The position numbers and the translations under genes were made by a program. Source: a bacterium (lineage in GTDB: Bacteria; SZUA-182; DTGQ01; JAFGSM01). From it: a DNA stretch of 36,048 nt. Location of the stretch: NCBI GenBank assembly GCA_049472355.1, contig JBLIRP010000034.1, forward strand, positions 1-36,048. The letters are read 5' to 3'. Position 1 is the stretch's first letter. Every line of letters begins with the position of its first letter. The notes under the pieces are model-generated. The model was not told where the DNA came from and did no database searches. It worked only from the letters and a program-made list of their open reading frames with translations. Shown one piece after another: positions 17,005-24,727 of this stretch.

Positions 17005-17295
17005 TGACCTGCCTTGTGTGGACGCAATCTCACCCTGTACAATCCCTTTGTGTGGGCTTCCGGCACGTTAAAACCGTTGCCAACCGCTTCTTTGTTTCTG
17101 ACGTGGCTGTATCGCTTTGGGGGGGGTACGTCCCCCCTGCGGCCTGCAGTATTCCCTGTGTACGCTTCAGGCATGTCATTTCTCTCGGAATGAAATACTG
17201 TTCCATACCTGCAACACTCGGTACTGGTAGCTGGTTAGGCCTTGCCAGGGAGGGACTTGCACCCTGCAAGAAGCGCCAGGCTGCTTTTGGCGCAC
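17005..17295 (-). mobile_element. Group II intron 5' fragment (domain I), no RT ORF
   Basis: Begins GTGCG; GCGCC..GGCGC stem, AGGGTGCAAGTCCCT hairpin, CCGAGTGTTGC..GAAGCGTACACAG; starts immediately after GTTG of the attC R' box; 3' boundary approximate. Confidence 0.72.
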
Positions 17296-17356
17296 CAACG
17301 TCGCCGCTCACAGGCCGCGAAGTACGAGCGGCCCTTGTGCAGCCGAATTGTTAGGC
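17293..17356 (-). other. Integron attC site
   Basis: GCCTAAC (overlaps the cassette stop) - GCTGCACAAGGGCCGC..GCGGCCTGTGAGC - GTTGG; 64-bp imperfect palindrome with an extrahelical G. Confidence 0.85.
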
Positions 17357-18193
17357 AGTGTTCTCTTTGCCCTCTTTAGCTTCAACCTCAATAAAGACTT
17401 GCTCATCCTCGCCCAACTTATTCGTAGGGGCAATAAAAGCAATATCGCTTTTTGCACAGAAACGTATTTGCGGCCTCAGGAGCACCCTTATACGGCTTTT
17501 ATCAGATTTTATTGAGCCATAGAAAACTAAAAACAGGGTGCCACGTAACAGTGGCCCATACTCTGTTAGGACCCGTTTGTTTATCCTCCATTCGACAACC
17601 GGACAGTTCCGCCTTTCATCGAAAAATTGATATAGAAACCAGTTTTTTTGGTTCTCAGTGTAAGATTCCAGAACATTTGATCCAAACATTAAACCACTTG
17701 CAACATAGTCAAGAAGTGGAAGACTAGATGCACCGATTTTCACCATGTCCGCAGCAGTTTTCGGTGTCTTTTGCAAAGCAAGCTCCCAGATACTTTTGGT
17801 ATTCCTGGATGGATGCAGTGTACTAAGCATTGCAGAGATCGGAACCGCCTCAGGAGCATTTCTGACAGGCTCCAAAATAATATGGACGGCAAGTGCGCTT
17901 TCGTCAACGAGCTCTTTCATCCAGTCCCAATAGAAGCCCTCAGTAACTGTTATCCCGAATGCCCAATCATAACGATATATCAATTGCTTCGTTGTGGTAT
18001 CCTGAGAGCCTGTCGTTCTTGATATTATTGGATTGTCTTCACCTTGGAGACTTAAATACCAACGCTGAATGAACTCCTTCTTTTTTTCCAAAGGAGGGTA
18101 CTTACCGTCCGAAAGAATCTGCACAATAGGAGAGATAGTCTTGTAATCCCTAGCAAGAAAGTCAAAAACCATCCTTTTAATCTGTGTACTCAT
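17351..18193 (-). CDS. Hypothetical protein (gene cassette)
   Basis: Long AT-rich ORF whose TAA lies within R'' of the attC; GAGGAAG before ATG 18193 (ORF track starts at 18220); no family recognised. Confidence 0.75.
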   Translation of the reverse strand: MSTQIKRMVFDFLARDYKTISPIVQILSDGKYPPLEKKKEFIQRWYLSLQGEDNPIISRTTGSQDTTTKQLIYRYDWAFGITVTEGFYWDWMKELVDESALAVHIILEPVRNAPEAVPISAMLSTLHPSRNTKSIWELALQKTPKTAADMVKIGASSLPLLDYVASGLMFGSNVLESYTENQKNWFLYQFFDERRNCPVVEWRINKRVLTEYGPLLRGTLFLVFYGSIKSDKSRIRVLLRPQIRFCAKSDIAFIAPTNKLGEDEQVFIEVEAKEGKENTA

Positions 18194-18431
18194 ATCTTCC
18201 TCTGTATTTTTCACCCGCATCGGCAGGCATCGCCTGCCTTACGGGCCATTAAGAAGGATTGCACCTTTCACCGATAGTTAAGCAGGTCTGGTGCAGTGCA
18301 CGTTGAAATCCATTATAGCATTTAGCTTGAGAACTTTTCACCAATGTGCTTCGATACCTTGTATAGGTCTATGCAATGCAACCTTTGCAATCTGTCTGGA
18401 AGTTGGTCAGGGCACCACCTCCCTTTACAGA

Positions 18432-18742
18432 GGCATCCTTTGCCTCGCGGCTGCGCTTCTCCACCAGGGAGGGCCAGAGGATGCTCGTGTAGGGATGCCT
18501 GGCTGCTTTGCGATGCGCTCAGCAAGACCCATCTCCACGATCCTCCTAAGGTACATGACCGCCACCTTGTGGCTCATCAGTTCAACAAACCGAAGATCGT
18601 GGGATATGAAGAGGTAGGAGAGCCTATGTGTCTCTGGAGGTCCTTAAGAAGGTTCACCACCTGGGCCTAAACGGAGGCATCGAGGGCGCTGGTGATCTCG
18701 TCCGCGACGATGAACCTGGCACCCACCGCGAGTGCCCTGGCG
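18432..18742 (-). pseudogene. Diverged partial copy of the oppF-like ATPase gene (22732-23044)
   Basis: Aligns base by base with 22732-23044 (ARALAVGARFIVADE..SHKVAVMYL..EKRSREA); has a stop codon and single-base deletions. Confidence 0.92.
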
Positions 18743-18743
18743 T

Positions 18744-18975
18744 CCGTGAGTGTGCCGGTGCAATTTTTTTTTATTGTGACATAGACTATTGTCTGATCTT
18801 TTTCTGCTTGTTTTTTTGCACGATTGATACTCCAATCATTGAATTCTTTATCTCCTTCCAGAAGCAGGGCGATATGGGCATTGTTGGGAATTTTTTCACA
18901 AAATTCCGGATGTTCTCTCATATATCCATCAAATTCAATTCCAAGAACGCTGCTTCTTCTTTCATAAATGTTCAT
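18744..18975 (-). pseudogene. DUF5647-like small protein, frameshifted and truncated
   Basis: MNIYERR..IEFDGYMREHPEFCEKIPNNAHIAL.LEGDKEFNDWS; extra A in an A9 run near the end, then abuts the oppF fragment. Confidence 0.6.
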
Positions 18976-19044
18976 GGATGTTCTCCTCTTAAAAACTTTT
19001 CTTTGTACAATTCCCAGTTCGAGCAATCGCAGCCTGACTTCAAC
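18964..19044. repeat. ~80-bp diverged direct repeat, copy 2
   Basis: Matches 15327-15406. Confidence 0.9.
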
Positions 19045-19205
19045 TGGTAGGGTGACTGGTGGGGTGACTGGTGGAGTGACTGGTGGGGTAATTGGGAACC
19101 TTGGAGCCCCCCCGTTGGCTCTGACTCTGGCTCTGGCTCCGACTCTGGCTGCGACTCTGGCTGACATCCGACTTCCCCTGTGACTTGCCCTGCGACTTGC
19201 CTGTG
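19043..19205. repeat. Three adjacent 12-bp tandem repeat blocks
   Basis: (ACTGGTGGGGTG)x4 at 19043-19090; GACTCTGGCT-type units at ~19116-19163; (GACTTGCCCTGY)x3 at 19170-19205. On the minus strand they encode TPPV, QPES and GQVT repeats. Confidence 0.9.
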
Positions 19206-19215
19206 TTGCACTGTG

Positions 19216-19465
19216 TGGGCCGACCTGTGACTTCGCCTCGATGGCAACCAGAAGAGTGCCATCACGGACAATAAGAAGATCCCATTCTTTTGTTACATCC
19301 ATCCATCTGTGCCCCGCCCGTTACGGCACTGCGCAGCCCCTGGTCTGCTTTCCCGGTCTGCTTCTGCTTGTCCTTCTGCCCCTGCCGCGTCTTCCAGTAA
19401 TGGGCTACAGCCTGACCAGATCGTTCAGCCAGACTTCGAATGATATCGTCAAGGTTCATAGGCAT
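19216..19465 (-). pseudogene. PaeR7I/XhoI-family type II restriction endonuclease remnant
   Basis: AVAHYWKTR..ADQGLRSAVTGGAQMDG, then out of frame TKEWDLLIVRDG.LLVAIEAKSQVGP; internal deletion and 3' truncation; begins just after the attC R' box. Confidence 0.8.
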
Positions 19466-19499
19466 AGTGTATCAGATTTCTCTTCTGTTTATTATTACT

Positions 19500-19595
19500 G
19501 GCCAACGACCAGGCATCACCAGCTTTGCGCCCTTAAAACCGAGCACGCAATTTCACGGCGGCGGGTAGCAACGTCTGCTGCATGTAAAGTTGGCC
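19500..19595 (-). other. Integron attC site
   Basis: GGCCAAC..CATGCAGCAGACGTTGC..GCAAAGCTGGTGATG..GTTGGCC; complementary R boxes and bulged bases; 96 bp; 10 bp after the HNH stop. Confidence 0.88.
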
Positions 19596-19605
19596 TTTCA
19601 TTAAT

Positions 19606-20295
19606 TTATTGAATTTTATCTCGTTTTTCAATATTGTGCCGAGCACATAATAATTGGATGTTTTCAGCAACGAGAGAAGATCCGCCTTTAGAATATGGAA
19701 TAATATGATCAAAATGTAGATTATCATTACTACCACAGATAACACAACGACCTTTATCTCTTTTCCAAACTTGAAGTTTTACAGAGGCAGGAATTACTCG
19801 GCTATGCTCTAAATCATGAGTTTCGTATGAATATGGCATTTGGTCTTCAACTAGTTCCAGTTTAAATTTAAATACATTACGAGCATTACTGATTTCAAGA
19901 CAAGAGTCGATTAATTTAAATAAACCATTATATACCCAAATACCAGCATGTATCTTTTCATATACTTTGACAATCTCTGGATCAGCTATGCCATTTTTAT
20001 ACTTTTGTGCAGCATCAAAAAACAAGCCATTTTGAGTAAAAGAACCTCCCGGATTTCGCATAGATTGGTCAATCAATTAAGGGGCATTAATGCCCTTTGT
20101 TTTTGGTATATCATGTCCTTCATAAATTAATACATTGCCATTATTTTCAATTCTGTCAGCATATGGTGCATTAGTTCTCAAGCTCATCAAGATTACACTG
20201 TAATTGCCACCAAGACGAAAATTCATTTCTCGTTGAAGATTTACACTTTCTTCGCGGCACATATCTAAATATGATATGACATCTCCTGTTTTCAT
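19606..20295 (-). pseudogene. HNH endonuclease with SRA-like N-terminal domain, interrupted by an in-frame TAA
   Basis: ORFs 20077-20295 and 19606-20076 share a frame (NAP*LIDQ); PYADR..LIYEGHD, GIWVYNGLF, CVICG..LHFDHIIPYSKGG..NIQLLCARHN. Confidence 0.8.
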
Positions 20296-20330
20296 CTAGT
20301 TCGGTTAAGTTAATTTAGGTTCAGTGGTAG

Positions 20331-20389
20331 TCACCTGCGCCGAACGAGCGCCAGCGAGTGAGTCGTCAGGTGTAGCGCCTTTGTTAGGT
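20331..20389 (-). other. Integron attC site lacking R' (truncated)
   Basis: ACCTAAC-AAAGGCGCTACACCTGAC..GCAGGTGA; no GTT box follows. Confidence 0.7.
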
Positions 20390-20426
20390 CAGTTAATGTT
20401 TCCTTACCTTTGATTAATTCCCTTCT

Positions 20427-21008
20427 CTATTTCTTAATTTTGGTTTCCAAATTGAATTTTTGAAGCAACCAGTCCAGTACGGCTTCCTGATCCTGAATAG
20501 TCGCTCGACGGATTTGAGCAAGCAGGTGAATTCGATCCGGTTTTGGTAGTGATGTATTCTGCAATCCCTCATTGCAGTTCGTGCAAACCGCTCGCAAATT
20601 ATACGGCGTATCTTCGCCGCCTTTCGACTTGTCTATTATATGGCCTATCGTCAACCGTACAGTTCGATTTCCTCCGAACGGGTCGGGGTCGCCAGCCGCG
20701 ACTCCACACATTTGGCAGGTGTATCCATTTCTTTCAAGTACCCAAGCACGAGTCTCCTTGGAAATGCCGCGTGTGAAGGCGGGCACTCGCTCAATTGTCT
20801 CCATAACATATTGATTTGGTTTTAAGCTCGCACGGTCCTTGTGGGAAAGGATTTGATAGCCGTCCTCATTGCGAAGCTCGCGAACCCTTCGTGCCCACTC
20901 TACGGCCCCTCCGCTAGCCTTTTGAATATCCTTTGACTCAAGCACTTTGCCAATGTTCTGGAGAAAAAACTCAAGAATTAACTGCTTTGATCCGGGCTTT
21001 CTTGACAT
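20427..21008 (-). CDS. HNH endonuclease, probable restriction enzyme
   Basis: wHTH-like WARRVRELR; CQMCG..LTIGHIIDKSKGG..NLRAVCTNCNEG; overlaps the MTase 3' end. Confidence 0.85.
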   Translation of the reverse strand: MSRKPGSKQLILEFFLQNIGKVLESKDIQKASGGAVEWARRVRELRNEDGYQILSHKDRASLKPNQYVMETIERVPAFTRGISKETRAWVLERNGYTCQMCGVAAGDPDPFGGNRTVRLTIGHIIDKSKGGEDTPYNLRAVCTNCNEGLQNTSLPKPDRIHLLAQIRRATIQDQEAVLDWLLQKFNLETKIKK

Positions 21009-21883
21009 GGCGTGTACTCTCCTTGCCCATCAGGGTGTACAGATTCCAGGTTTAAAAATAATTGCAGTTGTCTCGTACGTTCCTTGCACATCTGGGCATA
21101 TACCGGATTCAACTCAATCAGAATTGCCATGCGACCTAGCTCGTTTGCCACCAGTCCAGTCGTTCCAGAACCGCCGAATGGGTCTAGAATCACATCGCCC
21201 TCACGCGATCCAAGCAGAATACATCGTCGCGCCAACTCACGCGGGAATGAGGCTGGGTGTCCATTGCCGCTTGGATCGGGACCGAGTATCCAGTAGTTAC
21301 GGAGATTCGCGCCGCTCGCCTCCCTAACACCATTTGCGTTATAAAAGTAATTTGGGGATTTAGCAAACAGAAAAACTTCTTCCGTTGCTCTCGTGGGCCT
21401 ATTCTTCACACTTTCAGGCATCGCTGTTTTTTTTATCCATGTTATTTTGGATCTCAACACCCACCCATCCTCCTGCAAAGCAAAGGCGATGCGCCAGGGT
21501 AGCCCTATTAAATCCCTATCCTTGAGTCCCCAGCAATTAGGAACTTTGCAGTTGCGTTTTTGGATTAGTTTTTTTGTGTTCCCGACCATGGCATTCGGGC
21601 CGCAATTACCCGTTCCGCCGTTTCTTGCATAGCCGTCGCCAACATTAAGCCACACCGTCCCATCCTTACGCAGAACACGACGAACCTCACGAAATATTGC
21701 TATGAGGTTTTCGACGTAAAGTTCTGGCGATGGCTCGGCTCCGATCTGTGCAGGATGATCGTAGTCACGTAGTCCCCAATATGGCGGAGACGTTACACAG
21801 CATTGTATGGATTCAGCCGCCAGCGTTGGTAAAATCGTGAGGCTATCACCGATCAAAACCTGCAAATAATTCATGTGAGCCAT
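20978..21883 (-). CDS. Site-specific DNA methyltransferase, beta class (probably N4-cytosine, M.Cfr9I/XmaI-like)
   Basis: TSPPYWGLRDY before ILDPFGGSGTT; DLIGLPWRIAFALQEDGW, AMPESVKNRPTR, HPASFP. Confidence 0.92.
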   Translation of the reverse strand: MAHMNYLQVLIGDSLTILPTLAAESIQCCVTSPPYWGLRDYDHPAQIGAEPSPELYVENLIAIFREVRRVLRKDGTVWLNVGDGYARNGGTGNCGPNAMVGNTKKLIQKRNCKVPNCWGLKDRDLIGLPWRIAFALQEDGWVLRSKITWIKKTAMPESVKNRPTRATEEVFLFAKSPNYFYNANGVREASGANLRNYWILGPDPSGNGHPASFPRELARRCILLGSREGDVILDPFGGSGTTGLVANELGRMAILIELNPVYAQMCKERTRQLQLFLNLESVHPDGQGEYTPCQESPDQSS

Positions 21884-21933
21884 TATTTTTTTGCACCCTT
21901 TATATCACGGTCACCGATAGTTTTCAGCAAAAC

Positions 21934-22024
21934 TTCTACCGAAAAAAGCTCACCGGGTTGTCGGCGCAATTGAAAAGAGCCATGCAACCACGGACCGGCC
22001 CGACAAGTCCGGTGGTAGTTAGCC
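21934..22024 (-). other. Degenerate integron attC site
   Basis: GGCTAAC..CACCGGACTTGTCGG..CCGACAACCCGGTGAGC..GGTAGAA (GTT appears as GGT); about 50 bp upstream of the MTase start. Confidence 0.65.
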
Positions 22025-22548
22025 CGCCTTTTACATCGTAATCCTGATGAAATTATCAAGGGTATCCTCAGAATAGTCAAGGGGCACAACTACAAAATCT
22101 CGCCCTGCCTTTTGGGGTAAGGGATTTACTGACACGTTTGAGACAAAATATCCAAGCAACTTATCCTCTCTCGATTTCGGATTCTCACAGGCCGCGTGAT
22201 AAATAAATACTCCCTGAAGGTTTGAAAAAGTCTTGATTCAATGGGCTTGCGATTATAATTACTCATGTGCGACGAATACCCTTTTTCACGCCTGATATAG
22301 AAAATACTAACAGAGGCATGGTGTGTCAACAGCAAAAAAAGGATAGCAAGAAAAGGACGTTACCAGATGAAGCCAGGTACGTCAGATATGAGGTATATAG
22401 CCGGAGGGAGTGAATGAAAGAGGATGGACGGCGCACGATGTGTGCAAACAATGACGGCGTACGATACGGGTGCATGATATGGGCATATGATTTGGGCGCG
22501 CGAGCCGTAGTGTGCGAGCAGTGGTCTGCGAGCGCTATGGCAGCGGGC

Positions 22549-23622
22549 TCACAGCGGGAAGTGGCATGCCACCTTGTGGACGTCGCCGATGTCGTGAAGC
22601 TGGGGCTCGGAGCAGGGATCGGTGCAGATCGAGGGCCGTCCCTGGGCCTCGTACACGGGGCAGCGTGGTGCGAAGCGGCAGCCGGTGTGGGGCCGGGCGA
22701 AGTCGAACACCCCCCACCCTCCCCTGGCTGCGGCATCCGTTGCCTCGCGGCTGCGCTTCTCCACAAGGGATGACCAGAGGATGCTGGTGTAGGGGTGCCG
22801 GGGCTGGTTGGCGATGCTCTCGGCAAGACCCGTCTCCACGATCCTGCCCAGGTACATGACCGCCACCTTGTGGCTCATCAGTTCCACCACCCGCAGGTCG
22901 TGGGAGATAAAGAGGTAGGAGAGCCCCAGGTGCCTCTGGAGGTCCTCGAGGAGGTTCACCACCTGGGCCTGGATGGAGACGTCAAGGGCGCTGGTGGGCT
23001 CGTCCGCAACGATGAACCGGGCGCCCACGGCGAGTGCCCTGGCGATGCCCACCCTGCGCTTTTCCCCGCCGGAGAGCTCGTGCGGGAGGCTGGTGAGGGC
23101 GCTCTTTTTGAGGTGCACCTGCTCCAGGAGCTCGTGCATCCTCCGGTCCACCTCCGCGTCGGACACGTCGTGGTGCACGGTGATCGCCTCCTTGAGGATG
23201 GCCCTGATGCGCATGGCGGGATTGAGGGCCGCGTCGAGGTCCTGGAAGATCATCTGCATCCTTTTCCGGAAGGGACGGAATTGACGCTGGGAGAGGCCGG
23301 TGACATCCACCTCGTCGAAGAAGATCCTCCCGCCGGTGGGAGGGGTGAGCCTCAGGATGATCCTCCCGATGGTGGTCTTTCCGCACCCGGACTCGCCCAC
23401 CAGCCCCATGGTCTCGTGCTCCTTGATGTAAAAGCTCACGTCGTCCACCGCGGGGATCACCCCGGCGCCTCCCTTGAGCCCGGAGAAAAGACCGCGGTGC
23501 TGGGCGAAATATTTCTTCAGGTGCTCCACCTCCACGATGGTCCTGGGCACATGCACCCTCCGCTCCTGCAGGGGGACCTGTGCGTCTGCGCTTTCCGGTA
23601 TCACGACCTGTGTTTCTTCCAT
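22549..23622 (-). CDS. Oligopeptide/dipeptide ABC transporter ATPase (OppF/DppF-like)
   Basis: AVDDVSF, GESGCGKTT, PHELSGGEKRR, IVADEPTSALDVSIQAQ, HPYT; C-terminal GCRFAPRC..C..ACH. Confidence 0.93.
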   Translation of the reverse strand: MEETQVVIPESADAQVPLQERRVHVPRTIVEVEHLKKYFAQHRGLFSGLKGGAGVIPAVDDVSFYIKEHETMGLVGESGCGKTTIGRIILRLTPPTGGRIFFDEVDVTGLSQRQFRPFRKRMQMIFQDLDAALNPAMRIRAILKEAITVHHDVSDAEVDRRMHELLEQVHLKKSALTSLPHELSGGEKRRVGIARALAVGARFIVADEPTSALDVSIQAQVVNLLEDLQRHLGLSYLFISHDLRVVELMSHKVAVMYLGRIVETGLAESIANQPRHPYTSILWSSLVEKRSREATDAAARGGWGVFDFARPHTGCRFAPRCPVYEAQGRPSICTDPCSEPQLHDIGDVHKVACHFPL

Positions 23623-23626
23623 GCGT

Positions 23627-24727
23627 CTATTCCTCGTAGAGCCAGCAGCGCATCCGGTGACCGGGGGTCGCCTCCTCGAGGCCGGGCTCATGGTGCGCAC
23701 ACCGGTCCCTTACCCTGTCGGTCACCCGGTTGCACCGGGCATAGAAACGGCACCCCTCGGGCACGCTGATGGTATCCAGCACGTCCCCCTCAATCGCCTG
23801 GAGGTACCCCTTCTCCCTGATATGTTCCTTGTTGGGTATGGAGGCGAGGAGCGCCCCGGTGTAGGGGTGCTTGCATGCACATGCCGGGGAGAGAACATCA
23901 GCGGCAGGGCCGTATTCCATGACCGTGCCCCCGTACATCACGGCCACGTTGTCCGCAAGCCTGCCGATCACGTTGATGTCGTGGCTGATGAGCATGGTGG
24001 TGGTCCCCACGGTCTCCTTGAGCTCGGCAAGGAGGTCCACAATCCTTGACTGGATGGTGGCATCAAGCCCCGTGGTGGGCTCATCCGCGATGAGAAGCGA
24101 CGGCTCGGAGGCGAGGGCCATGGCGATCATCGCCCGCTGGCACATGCCCCCTGAGAGGCCGTAGGGGTAGTTGTCGTAGCGAAGCCGGGGCGAGTCCATC
24201 TTCACCCTCTCCAGCCAGTGCAAGGCCCGCGCGCGCGCCTCGTTCGGATCACTTATTCCGGTGTTCAATAGCACCGACTCGCTGATCTGGCTGCCGATGG
24301 TCTCGAAGGGATTGAGGGAGGACTTGGGGTTCTGGAAGATCATGGCGATCCGGCGTCCCCGCACCCCGCGCATCATCCGCTCCCTGTTTTTTCGCCACCC
24401 GGCCGCATCCTTGGAAACCTTCATGATCTTCCCGTTTTTCTTGGTCACCCGGACAAAGCGTTCCAGCCCCTGCAAAAGGTCCATACGCTCCCCATTCGGG
24501 GTGAAGGTGATGCTGCCGCTGATCACGCCCGGCTCGGTGTCGATCAACCCCATGACCGAGAGGGAGGTGACGCTCTTTCCGCTGCCGCTCTCCCCCACGA
24601 TGCCGAGCGTCTCCCCCCGGTTGATCCGCAGGGATACCCCATCCACCGAGCGGACAAAGGCCTGCCGGGTCCGTGAATGGAAGTAGGTGCGAAGGTCCTC
24701 TATGGCCAGCACAGGCGTGGTGCTCAT
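23627..24727 (-). CDS. Oligopeptide/dipeptide ABC transporter ATPase (OppD/DppD-like)
   Basis: GESGSGKSVT, MIFQNP, LSGGMCQR, ADEPTTGLD; C-terminal 4-Cys cluster; ATG 24727 overlaps the permease stop (ATGA). Confidence 0.93.
   Translation of the reverse strand: MSTTPVLAIEDLRTYFHSRTRQAFVRSVDGVSLRINRGETLGIVGESGSGKSVTSLSVMGLIDTEPGVISGSITFTPNGERMDLLQGLERFVRVTKKNGKIMKVSKDAAGWRKNRERMMRGVRGRRIAMIFQNPKSSLNPFETIGSQISESVLLNTGISDPNEARARALHWLERVKMDSPRLRYDNYPYGLSGGMCQRAMIAMALASEPSLLIADEPTTGLDATIQSRIVDLLAELKETVGTTTMLISHDINVIGRLADNVAVMYGGTVMEYGPAADVLSPACACKHPYTGALLASIPNKEHIREKGYLQAIEGDVLDTISVPEGCRFYARCNRVTDRVRDRCAHHEPGLEEATPGHRMRCWLYEE

Noticed and set aside
19043..19205. CRISPR array
   Set aside because: Units are 12 bp, contiguous and without unique spacers; no cas genes.
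18667..19302. 211-aa ORF as a real gene
   Set aside because: It is a chance read-through of four unrelated fragments (REase, repeats, DUF5647-like, oppF).
22030..22545. intI/attI at the head of the cassette array
   Set aside because: No tyrosine-recombinase motifs seen in the ORFs of either strand.
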